Source: Bacteroidales bacterium
GTDB lineage: Bacteria > Bacteroidota > Bacteroidia > Bacteroidales > VadinHA17
Length of the DNA: 64,000 nucleotides
Direction: 5' to 3'
NCBI GenBank assembly: GCA_963662685.1
Contig: OY759745.1
Span: 1,745,752 to 1,809,751, forward strand
Made by a program: the position numbers and the translations under genes. Of the stretch, positions 47,782 through 57,633 are shown one piece after another. Each line of letters starts with the position of its first letter. Within the stretch, counting starts at the first letter, position 1. Under the pieces are notes generated by a model. The model had not been told where the DNA came from, searched no databases, and saw nothing but the letters and a program-made list of their open reading frames with translations.

Positions 47782-49851
47782 TTACTGTAGATATGTATCA
47801 AGCCATTCAAAGAATTCTTTTTGCCATATAACGGAGTTCTGGGGTTTGGAAACCCAATGACTTTCATCTTCGAAGAAGAGCAATCTGCTGGGAACCTCTT
47901 TGAGTTGGGCGGCCTGGAAAGCTTCCAGACTCTGGGTATAGGGAATTCTGAAATCATTCGCCCCGGTAATAATAAGTATTGGGGTGTTCCACTGATCTAT
48001 CCTGAGATGTGGCGAATAGTCGTAACTCTTAGGACCGTCCCAGTATGCGCCTTCAATATCCTTGTCGGCAAACCAGAGTTCTTCGGTTGATCCGTACCAA
48101 CTGGTAAAGTCGAACATACCACAATGGGATATGAAGGCTTTGAACCTGTTGGCGTGAATACTGGCGAGATAAAAGACGGAATAACCTCCGTAGCTGGCGC
48201 CAACGGCTCCCAGCCTGTCTATATCTACATAGGTTTCAAGAGTCATAGCGTCTATAGCGTCAAGATAATCTCTCATATTTGCTCCGCCATAATCTCCTGA
48301 TATCTGTTCTTTCCATGCCTGTCCGAAACCTGAATCGCCTCTTCTGTTTGGGGCAACAACAATGTATCCTTTAGCGGCCATCATCTGGTAGTTCCAGCGA
48401 TACGACCAGCTCTGGCTAAGAGCACCCTGAGGTCCTCCTTTGCAATAGAGCAGTGTCGGATACTCTTTACCGGGATCAAAGTCGGGTGGATAGATAACCC
48501 ACATCTGCAGATCCTGATCATCGCTTGTCTTGATATATTTCTCCTCCGTTTTGCCCATTTTGATATAGTCGTAGATACCCTTGTTAAGGAAAGTTATCTG
48601 GTCGACTTCTCCTGTCGTCATATCTACTCTGGATATTTCAGGGGCCATCGACATGGATACGATTCCGGATACCATAGTACCGTTATTATATCTAAGTGGT
48701 CCAAGATCGAACATCCCCTCTGTTACCTTATCCACTCCCCGGTTCGTAATATGGGTTTTAAATATTTGCACGGTACCCAGGTAAGCGCAGGTAAACCATA
48801 TATTTTCGTTATCTGTCCATGTTATGTTCTCTACATCAAAATCCCAGCCCTGTGTCACCCATCTTCTGGTATCAGTAGCAATGTCGTATACGAAAAGCCT
48901 GTCCAGATCCGATTCATAACCGTCGCGTTCCATGCTTTGGTACGCTATTTTGGTTCCATCGGGTGAAAATACTGGGTATCTGTCGTATCCCTTGTTTCCC
49001 GCTGATATGTTAATTTCAACATTATTCTCAATATTGTACAGATAAATGTCGGAGTTTGTACTTTTGGTGAACTCTTTGCCGGTCAGCTTTTTTGTCGTAT
49101 AAGCGACATATTTTCCATCAGGGCTCCATGTAATTTCAGCGGCATCGAAATAAGGCGACATAGGTGTCTCAAACTGTTGTCCCTCCATGATATCCTTCTC
49201 ATTGTAAACTTTTCTGCCATCAAAAGAAGCCACGAAAAGATGGCTGTACGAATAATCGCTCCATGAATCCCAGTGACGGTACATAAGGTCGTTTATTATT
49301 CTGACCCTTGCCTTTTCGAGTCCGTATTTCTCGTTTGCTGTTTGTTCTATCTTTACCCTGCGCGTGAAATAAATCTTGTCGTCTACCGGAGAAACTGAGA
49401 AATATTCAAAATCATCCAGTCCTTTTATCTCGGTTTTTTCAGAACCATCAACGTTCATTATCACCAGGGTATTGCCGTTAGCATAGAGTACTGATCTTCC
49501 ATTATTGATCCATTGTGGAGAGCTTCCTCCACCGTCGGTCAGTTGTTCCGGGTCTCCACCTGCCAGCGCCAATTTATATATATTGGTTCTTCTGGCCTCA
49601 GTCTTCAGATCTATATCGGTTACCGTATAAAGTATATTTTTCCCGTCAGGTGACAGGACTATATCCCCTAAACGGCGGAATTTCCACATCAGTTCAGGTG
49701 TCATCACTCCTCCCTCAATCTCCTCAGAGGTCAATTCATTGTTGAAAGACGGGGACTCGGACTCTTGGTATGATTCTCCTCTGTCGCATGATATATACGC
49801 TACGGCAGCAAAAAGGAGAATCAACGTTAAAAACCTTCTTTTTGTCGGCAT
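47782..49851 (-). CDS. S9-family serine peptidase (beta-propeller + alpha/beta hydrolase)
   Basis: 689 aa, signal/lipoprotein-like N-terminus, nucleophile motif GASYGGY, and a C-terminal D and H. Confidence 0.85.
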   Translation of the reverse strand: MPTKRRFLTLILLFAAVAYISCDRGESYQESESPSFNNELTSEEIEGGVMTPELMWKFRRLGDIVLSPDGKNILYTVTDIDLKTEARRTNIYKLALAGGDPEQLTDGGGSSPQWINNGRSVLYANGNTLVIMNVDGSEKTEIKGLDDFEYFSVSPVDDKIYFTRRVKIEQTANEKYGLEKARVRIINDLMYRHWDSWSDYSYSHLFVASFDGRKVYNEKDIMEGQQFETPMSPYFDAAEITWSPDGKYVAYTTKKLTGKEFTKSTNSDIYLYNIENNVEINISAGNKGYDRYPVFSPDGTKIAYQSMERDGYESDLDRLFVYDIATDTRRWVTQGWDFDVENITWTDNENIWFTCAYLGTVQIFKTHITNRGVDKVTEGMFDLGPLRYNNGTMVSGIVSMSMAPEISRVDMTTGEVDQITFLNKGIYDYIKMGKTEEKYIKTSDDQDLQMWVIYPPDFDPGKEYPTLLYCKGGPQGALSQSWSYRWNYQMMAAKGYIVVAPNRRGDSGFGQAWKEQISGDYGGANMRDYLDAIDAMTLETYVDIDRLGAVGASYGGYSVFYLASIHANRFKAFISHCGMFDFTSWYGSTEELWFADKDIEGAYWDGPKSYDYSPHLRIDQWNTPILIITGANDFRIPYTQSLEAFQAAQLKEVPSRLLFFEDESHWVSKPQNSVIWQKEFFEWLDTYLQ

Positions 49852-49877
49852 GATGATGATTGTTAATCTATATATGA

Positions 49878-50903
49878 CTAATCTTTCAATGGATCTCCCT
49901 TTTTCAACGCTTCATAAACCTTTTCTTTGAGTTCTTCGTACAGTTCAGGGTTATCGTTAAGAATCTGTTTGACGGCATCTCTGCCTTGCCCGATTTTTGT
50001 CTCCCCGTAACTGAACCATGAACCGCTTTTCTTTATTATGCCAAAATCGACTCCCATATCGATCACTTCGCCTATCTGTGATATCCCTTCCCCATAGAGG
50101 ATATCAAATTCTGCTTTTCTGAATGGCGGAGCCAGCTTATTCTTGACTACTTTTACTCTTGTCCGGCTACCTACTATCTCGTCCCCATCTTTTATCTGGG
50201 TGGTTTTTCGTATATCTATCCGCACCGATGCGTAGAATTTTAATGCGTTGCCTCCGGTAGTGGTCTCAGGGTTGCCGAACATAACGCCAATCTTTTCCCT
50301 TAGTTGGTTGATGAAGATGCACGTGGTATTTGTTCTGTTGATGTTTGCGGTAAGTTTTCTCATGGCCTGAGACATCAGCCTGGCCTGAAGACCCATTTTG
50401 GAATCACCCATTTCTCCCTCAATTTCCGCTTTCGGAGTAAGTGCCGCAACGGAGTCTATAACTATTATGTCGAGTGCTCCTGATCGTATCAGGTGGTCGG
50501 TTATCTCCAACGCCTGCTCCCCGTTGTCGGGTTGTGATATAAGAAGATTTTCAACGTCAACGCCAAGTTTCTGCGCATAGAACCTGTCAAATGCGTGTTC
50601 GGCATCTATTATGGCGGCGATTCCTCCGTTTTTCTGGGCTTCCGCAATGGCGTGAATGGCCAGCGTTGTTTTTCCGGAAGATTCAGGACCATATATCTCT
50701 ATAACCCTGCCTCTGGGAAAACCACCGATACCTAAGGCAGCGTTTAACCCTATGGATCCTGTTGAGATCACCTGGATGTTCTCAATGGCGTTGTCTCCAA
50801 GCTTCATGATGGTGCCTTTACCAAAATCCTTTTCTATTTTTCCCAATGTTATCTCGAGAGCTTTCAGCTTCTCTTTGTTGACTTCTGATCTTTCGTTACT
50901 CAT
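49878..50903 (-). CDS. recA: Recombinase A
   Basis: 341 aa with [11 protein letters not shown] and the full RecA core. Confidence 0.97.
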   Translation of the reverse strand: MSNERSEVNKEKLKALEITLGKIEKDFGKGTIMKLGDNAIENIQVISTGSIGLNAALGIGGFPRGRVIEIYGPESSGKTTLAIHAIAEAQKNGGIAAIIDAEHAFDRFYAQKLGVDVENLLISQPDNGEQALEITDHLIRSGALDIIVIDSVAALTPKAEIEGEMGDSKMGLQARLMSQAMRKLTANINRTNTTCIFINQLREKIGVMFGNPETTTGGNALKFYASVRIDIRKTTQIKDGDEIVGSRTRVKVVKNKLAPPFRKAEFDILYGEGISQIGEVIDMGVDFGIIKKSGSWFSYGETKIGQGRDAVKQILNDNPELYEELKEKVYEALKKGDPLKD

Positions 50904-50996
50904 ACCTGGTCTGTTAATTGATTTATTACACTATTTTAATCGGCTCGCAGCGATTTTTAAGCCTGATTTTTCATATCACTAAAAGTTAGACGGCTG

Positions 50997-51449
50997 TTAT
51001 TCCAGTATCTGTTTTGAGTGGTTTTTTGTATCGACCTTTTTGTACACCTTTTCTATTTTTCCATTTTCGTCGATTATATAGGTTGTCCTTACAATTCCCC
51101 AATATGTCCTACCGTACTGTTTTTTCTCCTGCCATACGCCGTAATCACCTACAATCTTCTTATCCGTATCGGCTATAATGGGGAAGGGGAGCGCATATTT
51201 TTCGGCGAATTTTTTGTGGGACGACTCTGTTCCGATATTGACCCCAACAACAACATAACCTTTAGATAAAAAGAGGTGATAATTATCCCTAAGATCGCAA
51301 GATTCAGACGTACATCCGGGTGTGTCATCTTTTGGATAAAAATAGAGAACTACCTTTTTACCGGTAAAGTCGCTTAACTTAACTAAGTTACCGTTTTGAT
51401 CCGTTCCCTCGAAGTATGGGGCCGCTGTCCCTTCTTGGAGTAGGTCCAT
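50997..51449 (-). CDS. bcp: Thioredoxin-dependent thiol peroxidase (Bcp-type peroxiredoxin)
   Basis: 150 aa with YFYPKDDTPGCTSESC. Confidence 0.9.
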   Translation of the reverse strand: MDLLQEGTAAPYFEGTDQNGNLVKLSDFTGKKVVLYFYPKDDTPGCTSESCDLRDNYHLFLSKGYVVVGVNIGTESSHKKFAEKYALPFPIIADTDKKIVGDYGVWQEKKQYGRTYWGIVRTTYIIDENGKIEKVYKKVDTKNHSKQILE

Positions 51450-51591
51450 ATGGTTTTAGATTTTAATTAAATATGGTAAATTTACGAAGTTTGATCAGTA
51501 TTTTGAGCTAATATAGATGTTTTGTTTTCAACATTCTTTTACTTTGTGGCTTGAAATATGTTATGTTTATATTTTGTAAAACGGTAAGTTG

Positions 51592-53415
51592 ATGATATCT
51601 AGTGGATTTGATTTTGCTGGGAGCTTTTTGAAGAGGTCACTACCTCTGTTATTGCTTTTACTTTTTCCTGTTTTTCTTATGGGGCAGGGCAGACCAACAA
51701 GACAATCGGCTACCGATGCGTTTGATAGGGGTGAATATACTATCGCGTACAAACAGTTCAGTGAGCTTCTGGTGTCATATCCCAAAGATCCGGTTTACAA
51801 ATATTACAAAGCGGCCTGTATGGTAAATCTGGAGGCCGATCCTCCCGGGGCCGTTAAGCTTCTGACCGAAGCCGGACAGTCGGCTTCCCTTTCCCGCCCA
51901 CTGCCTTTGGAGTTGTCATTTTATATGGGCAGGGCGAAGCAACAGGCAGCTCAATTCTCCGAAGCTATAGCAGCGTATGAAGAGTATACGGATTTGGTTG
52001 GGAAAAAATCCTCCCGCGATCTGGGCGTGCCGGTGTTCATCTCCCAATGTGGGGAGGGAGAAGGAGCTTTGCGGTTACCATACACAGTTATAGAACTTAA
52101 TGATAATGGAGAATCTGTTTTATCGGGGGAACAGATACCGGGGGAAACGGAGAACATACCGGATGTGCCTGTTACTGCTCAACGGACAGATGCAATCTTT
52201 CCGGTTGACCGTTCGGTTACAGTGGAGCGGGAGTTGATGCCAACTGACTATGACTCTTTACTCGTCGAGGCGGTTTTATTCCAGAAACAGACCGATTCGT
52301 TATCGTTGGTCATTGACAGACAACTTGCCGGACTTAGCTCACTGCCCGCAAGGGATAGAGCCACGATAACGGAGCAGATCGGGCGCAACAGGATAATAGC
52401 CGATTCGCTGCAGACAATTGCAGATGATAAGTTTGAAGAGGCCCAGTCGTTGATTAATAACTCGAGTTTTACGGAAGAAAAGGAGTCTGACTCCAGGGAA
52501 TTCATGGAAACGCCTCAAGAGCGGCCACAACCAAGGCAGGAGTTACGGGAGCTACCCCAGGCACAGACAATAGCACAGGACTCAGCTTCTGTCAGTGTAC
52601 AAGAAGAAATAAATGTCGGTGACGGTAATGACTCAACGACACTACAGGATACCGTTAAGTTATCTGAAGATGCCGGTGCCGCCATAGGATCTATAGTGGC
52701 CCAGTCTGTTAAGGCGTTGCCAGGGGTTACTTCTATGTTTGAACTTGACAACAAACTGGCCTCGTCAAAAGATGAGATTATAATCAACCCTGAATTGCCC
52801 CAGGGTCTCGTATACCGTATACAGATAGCTATTCTTAGAAATCCCGCCACTCAGTCGACATTTAAGGGTCTCTCTCCTGTTTATGGGCTACGGGATGTTT
52901 CCGCGACATCGACAAAATATTATGTCGGTTTGTTCCGCAGACGCACCGACGCTAATACCGCTTTGAATGAGGTAAAGCGAGCCGGTTTCACGGATGCTTT
53001 CATAATAGCGTTACTGTCGGGTAACTCTATCTCCACTGAACGCGCGGCATCGCTGGAGAAGGAGTGGGAGAATGTTCCGTTCGCTTATACGGATGTCGGG
53101 GTACAGGATGTAGTTGCTGATACGGTACCTCCGGTTCTGTCTTACAGGGTTGAACTAATGAGGGCCAAACAACCGGTAAAAGAGGATCAGATGAATATGA
53201 TGAAACGCATTTCGGGCACCAGGGGGATGGATATTTTTACAATGGAGAACGGCGATATAGTCTATCTTGTTGGTACCTTCGTCACATACGACAGTGCCGT
53301 TGAGTATGCCGACCTGGTATCCAGGAACGGCTTTCCTTCTGCTAAGGTCGCCGCATGGCTCGGCAGGAGGGAGATACCACTGGAAACCGCCAAACAATTG
53401 TTTGATATGATTTAG
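51592..53415 (+). CDS. Exported protein with an N-terminal TPR-like region and two C-terminal SPOR-like domains
   Basis: About 607 aa. SPOR-like units YRIQIAIL...YYVGLF...AFII and YRVELMRA...LVGTF.... ATG at 51592, one codon after the TTG at 51589. Confidence 0.6.
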   Translation: MISSGFDFAGSFLKRSLPLLLLLLFPVFLMGQGRPTRQSATDAFDRGEYTIAYKQFSELLVSYPKDPVYKYYKAACMVNLEADPPGAVKLLTEAGQSASLSRPLPLELSFYMGRAKQQAAQFSEAIAAYEEYTDLVGKKSSRDLGVPVFISQCGEGEGALRLPYTVIELNDNGESVLSGEQIPGETENIPDVPVTAQRTDAIFPVDRSVTVERELMPTDYDSLLVEAVLFQKQTDSLSLVIDRQLAGLSSLPARDRATITEQIGRNRIIADSLQTIADDKFEEAQSLINNSSFTEEKESDSREFMETPQERPQPRQELRELPQAQTIAQDSASVSVQEEINVGDGNDSTTLQDTVKLSEDAGAAIGSIVAQSVKALPGVTSMFELDNKLASSKDEIIINPELPQGLVYRIQIAILRNPATQSTFKGLSPVYGLRDVSATSTKYYVGLFRRRTDANTALNEVKRAGFTDAFIIALLSGNSISTERAASLEKEWENVPFAYTDVGVQDVVADTVPPVLSYRVELMRAKQPVKEDQMNMMKRISGTRGMDIFTMENGDIVYLVGTFVTYDSAVEYADLVSRNGFPSAKVAAWLGRREIPLETAKQLFDMI

Positions 53416-54695
53416 TCGGTGTAATATTCTATCATGCTGATAATAGTTCTTTTACAGGCATCACAGAAACCTTCGTCGGTGTTGCTTTTCATGGTACAGT
53501 CCTGTTTTGGCCTGAAAATTCCTTTTGCGGAATAACCTCCTCCTTCAAAGACTCCCAGGGTATTTTTGTATTTCTCCGTGGCAGGAGTAGGTACAGGTGT
53601 TTTGGGGTCCAACAAATCTTTCCACTTGGTGTCGAAATTCACCATTGTGGTTATGTTTGGTTCCCAGGGTTCCACGTCGAATGGGTAAAAGTCTTCGTAG
53701 GCCACTTCTGACGTGTAGTATTCATCGGCAAGTCCGGCAAAACTATGACCCAGTTCATGTACGAAGACCATTTGCGAGTATTCATTGTCGGCCGCGGTGA
53801 TGCTGTAATAGTTATAAACACCTCCGCCACCGTATTTTGCCGTGTTTACCAGGATGATGATGTTATCGTGCGGAACGATCCCGGCATAGTCGTTAACCGA
53901 TTTTATATCTACAGTTGTCAGATATCTTTCTATATCGAAGGTGTAGAAAGTGGAGTTCAGGGCCGTATTTCTGTAAATATTCTCGCCGGGAATGTCGGTA
54001 CCCGATTCCTGTGATACTGCCTCAACCGCCCATATATTTATTTTGTCGCTGTAATCATTGAACGGTTCGGTATCGAACAGAATAGTTGTCATGGTTTTTA
54101 CATCCGACCTGAATTTGTCCATTTCGGTCGCTGTATAACCTTCAGCGATAAAGACTATATCCACGGCGTTTTCAGGGTCGCCATTACTGGTTATCCTGCT
54201 GTATCTGGTGTCGACAGGTTGCTCTTTAATTATAAAGTAACTGGCAGGGTCTATCTCTGTTTCGTATATTTCTTTAAATATCCCGGTTCGTTTACGCTCG
54301 CTGATAATAAGTCTTACCTTCTCTTTGGGGAATGGCATTGTGGCCACCTCATAAAAGGTCCTGTCTGTTTTTTTTGCTTCAGCTGTTGTTTGCCACTCCT
54401 GGAAAAGGGTACAAAACCCTCTCGAATAGATTAATTTTCCGTTTGATGCGTCGAATAGCTCATATTTGAAATTTCCGTAGCCGAAGGGATCGGTCAATTC
54501 TGTTCTTGACCCCGCATAATAAGGTTCTTCCTTTATTTCCACAGGAAACACCGTTGTTGTTTCACTGTTTCCGGCGAACATAAAATCAAATCTCAGTACT
54601 TTGTCGGTAAAATAATCGTTGAAGTCTATCTGACCGCTAAGGCAGGTAAAGATGAACAAGAACGGTAATATCAATATTTTTTTCATTGCGGGCAC
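53412..54695 (-). CDS. M64-family (IgA-peptidase-like) zinc metallopeptidase
   Basis: 427 aa, signal peptide, HELGHSFAGLADEY. Confidence 0.85.
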   Translation of the reverse strand: MPAMKKILILPFLFIFTCLSGQIDFNDYFTDKVLRFDFMFAGNSETTTVFPVEIKEEPYYAGSRTELTDPFGYGNFKYELFDASNGKLIYSRGFCTLFQEWQTTAEAKKTDRTFYEVATMPFPKEKVRLIISERKRTGIFKEIYETEIDPASYFIIKEQPVDTRYSRITSNGDPENAVDIVFIAEGYTATEMDKFRSDVKTMTTILFDTEPFNDYSDKINIWAVEAVSQESGTDIPGENIYRNTALNSTFYTFDIERYLTTVDIKSVNDYAGIVPHDNIIILVNTAKYGGGGVYNYYSITAADNEYSQMVFVHELGHSFAGLADEYYTSEVAYEDFYPFDVEPWEPNITTMVNFDTKWKDLLDPKTPVPTPATEKYKNTLGVFEGGGYSAKGIFRPKQDCTMKSNTDEGFCDACKRTIISMIEYYTD

Positions 54696-54711
54696 TCTTG
54701 GGTTCTCTGGT

Positions 54712-55455
54712 TTAGCTTGTTCCCCGCTGACGCGTTATCTCATACATCATGATTCCCGCGGCAACGGATACGTTCAGTGAGCTTATCTCTCCTCTCATCG
54801 GTATTTTTACCGATTTATCGGTCATTGCCATCAGTTCCCTGCTGATCCCTTTATCTTCGGATCCCATTATCAGAGCCAGCGGTCCCGTAAGTTCCGTATC
54901 CGTTATACCGCTTGCTCCCAATTCTGCGGCGGCTATTATTGCCAGTCCCGATTTTTTTAGAAAATCGACAGCCTTGGTGATTGATTTCTCGCGGCAGACA
55001 GGAAAGGAATGAAGAGCTCCGGCGGATGTTTTGACGGCATCTGCTGTAATGCGTGCCGACCCTTTTTCGGGTATCATTATAGCATCTGCACCAAGACATT
55101 CGGCCGATCTAACGATAGCACCGAAATTTCTGACATCTGATACACCGTCGAGTACAAGTATCAATGGGTCCTTACCCAATTCGTATATCATTGGCAGGAG
55201 GTTTTCAATCTTTTGGTATTCGATAACGGACAGCCAGGCAAGAACACCCTGGTGATTTTTGCGGGTGACAAGTTCAATTCTTTCCAGCGGTACAGTCTGA
55301 TAGGGAATGTTGTTGTCTCTTACCACCGTCATCAACTCCCTGTAGAGCGGACCCTGAAGGCCTTGTTTAACCAGTAGCCTGTCTATCTGTTTTCCGGCTT
55401 TAATCGCCTCTATTACAGATCGTATACCAAAAATGCAGTCACTCTCTTTATGCAT
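54712..55455 (-). CDS. rlmB: 23S rRNA (guanosine-2'-O-)-methyltransferase, SpoU/TrmH class
   Basis: 247 aa: SpoU substrate-binding N-terminal domain plus knot motifs (NFGAIVRSA, GSEDKGIS, SLNVSVAAGI). Confidence 0.85.
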   Translation of the reverse strand: MHKESDCIFGIRSVIEAIKAGKQIDRLLVKQGLQGPLYRELMTVVRDNNIPYQTVPLERIELVTRKNHQGVLAWLSVIEYQKIENLLPMIYELGKDPLILVLDGVSDVRNFGAIVRSAECLGADAIMIPEKGSARITADAVKTSAGALHSFPVCREKSITKAVDFLKKSGLAIIAAAELGASGITDTELTGPLALIMGSEDKGISRELMAMTDKSVKIPMRGEISSLNVSVAAGIMMYEITRQRGTS

Positions 55456-55500
55456 ATTTTTTTATGTTAAATTGTCGGGACATTAAGAATCAGTAATTCT

Positions 55501-56847
55501 TTAATATTCCGTTGGATTGTCTAATCTGAACACGATACCATTACGCCAGCTTGCCACCGCCTGGTCCCAGTTGGTCACAAGCGTTTCGTTCCGGCTCAGG
55601 AAATAGTCGTTGTCACTAAAAATGCTTGCTCTCTTTTTAAAGTTAAAGTAGATATAGTCATCTTTTACCTGAACGGTATTTCCCCACCTGCTTTTAACTA
55701 CCGGCTTTATGTAACCCCAGTTCTCCCCATCGTTTGTCTTATAAAGTATATCGGGAGGACCGTACATAATATATATCATGCCCCTTTCTGTACGCCATCC
55801 GTCGGTGAACGAGGTAAAATAGTAGTTCGCGTAAAACACCCTCGTATAAAATATTCTTATCAGCTCTCTCGCTTTTTCGATATTACCGCCGCACGAAAGC
55901 CAGAAGTTGTCTAATGCCAGCTTGGTGTTAGATGCGCCGCTAAGCGAGTTAAGTTCGGATTCGGATGCCAGGTAGGCCAGCGGTTCGATCATTGTATCAG
56001 GATTATCCATCTGCGGAAATTCCGGACTTAGGTTGCAGATAGTATAACCTTCTTCAATATCTCTTCCTACAGTAATACTGAATATCCCTTCCATTGGAAG
56101 CATTAATGCCATGGTATCCGAATAGGGCAGGGATATTACCTGTTGTGGATCATAATCGACAATCTTTTGCGGGACAACCAGTGATGGAGGATCGGGTACC
56201 GTTTCAAATGGCTTATAATAGGAGATATATAATGAGTCGACCGGCTCTCTTTCGTATATCAGGTTAAAATACTCGTCTTCTTTCAGCACGGGAACAAAGA
56301 TGTCGTTTTGGGCAAGGTAACCTCTAAGTGTGAAATTATACCTGTTGTAGGCAGACTGGGTGTCAAAATTTACAAATGAATGATGGGTAGTCTGTCTTAT
56401 TTTGTCAAGTATCCTTATCTCAATAACGTAATCGTTCTTTGATTCGGTTTCCAGGGGAATATCGAATATGTATTCCGACATTTGGTCGTTGATGTTAACC
56501 TTCAAATCGGAATAAGAGGTATCCACAAGCACCATCCCATTGGTTGTTTCATAAAGTTTTGTGGAGATTTCTATCAGGGCCTGTGGCGTTCCTGTCTCGT
56601 TGGCTTGTGAAAAGAGAATATCGTTCGAGGAAAGCCTGATCATAAGAACGGCATCGTTGTCAGAGTAAGTAATCACCTTGAACTGGGGGTTGAGACTGTT
56701 CGATGACGGGTTGTAAAGATAGGAGAGATTATTGGGGTCGGTGATTGTCCGCGAGGTTTTGCTGTTATAGCAAGAGGACAGAACAACAGCCACCAATACC
56801 GCAGTTGTCAGTAATACTTTTAACCTGATGCTTAAATTCTTGTTCAT
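55501..56847 (-). CDS. GWxTD domain protein
   Basis: 448 aa with a lipoprotein-like N-terminus and DGWRTERGMIYIMYGPPD. Confidence 0.75.
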   Translation of the reverse strand: MNKNLSIRLKVLLTTAVLVAVVLSSCYNSKTSRTITDPNNLSYLYNPSSNSLNPQFKVITYSDNDAVLMIRLSSNDILFSQANETGTPQALIEISTKLYETTNGMVLVDTSYSDLKVNINDQMSEYIFDIPLETESKNDYVIEIRILDKIRQTTHHSFVNFDTQSAYNRYNFTLRGYLAQNDIFVPVLKEDEYFNLIYEREPVDSLYISYYKPFETVPDPPSLVVPQKIVDYDPQQVISLPYSDTMALMLPMEGIFSITVGRDIEEGYTICNLSPEFPQMDNPDTMIEPLAYLASESELNSLSGASNTKLALDNFWLSCGGNIEKARELIRIFYTRVFYANYYFTSFTDGWRTERGMIYIMYGPPDILYKTNDGENWGYIKPVVKSRWGNTVQVKDDYIYFNFKKRASIFSDNDYFLSRNETLVTNWDQAVASWRNGIVFRLDNPTEY

Positions 56848-56872
56848 ACAGAAAGAAAAACTGAAAAAGCTT

Positions 56873-57631
56873 TTAATTATTGTCGTTTGTCCATTCTATC
56901 CTTGCCCTGCATATCTCCTTATTGCCGTCCGTTTTAAATACTGAGTGCAGTAGCGCGTTGCCATTATCTTTTCCGTTTCTGATCTCTATCTCATCGCCGA
57001 ACATCGATTCCGCAAGATAGTTTATTTCCACAGATTTTGGTCTCATTTTTCCTACGAACTCCAGGTCATAAGTGTCGTTGATCCATTTCAGGTAGTTTAC
57101 ATTGTTGGTATGAAGATTCATGTCAAGATCGCTTAACCTTATGAAAAACCTGGTTTTTGACTCGCAATCCCTGGGATCCCATTCCAGCTTGTCCGCTAAC
57201 CTGACAGGTGATGTTGTCTCCTGGAAGGCCAGCTTTTCAAAGTTTATGATGCGATCAGACCTTAGCAACCGTCTGCTCTCGCTGTCTATCACCAACCAGG
57301 AAGAAGATGCGCTGGCTATCATACTACCATCTGGACGTTCTATACAGAAGTTACGCGTAAGAAAAATTTTGTTTAAACCAGAAGGCCATGTAGTGATAAT
57401 AACCTCATCTTTCCATTCCGGAAGATTATTTATCTCGGCGTATATTCTGGACAGAACCCAGAACTGTTTGTTTTTAAGCAGGTCTTCTCTTCCAAAGCCC
57501 AGTATCTCGGCATGATCCGACGCTATATCCTGCATATAGTTGAAAAGTGCGGAGATAGTGGCCTTAGAATCAGGTCCGGTCTCGTACACATGTATCCTGT
57601 ATTTTTTTGTATATTTTCTTATTGGTTCCAT
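56873..57631 (-). CDS. Acyl-ACP thioesterase
   Basis: 252 aa with a double hotdog pattern (DLDMNLHTNNVNYLKW). Confidence 0.8.
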   Translation of the reverse strand: MEPIRKYTKKYRIHVYETGPDSKATISALFNYMQDIASDHAEILGFGREDLLKNKQFWVLSRIYAEINNLPEWKDEVIITTWPSGLNKIFLTRNFCIERPDGSMIASASSSWLVIDSESRRLLRSDRIINFEKLAFQETTSPVRLADKLEWDPRDCESKTRFFIRLSDLDMNLHTNNVNYLKWINDTYDLEFVGKMRPKSVEINYLAESMFGDEIEIRNGKDNGNALLHSVFKTDGNKEICRARIEWTNDNN

Positions 57632-57633
57632 AA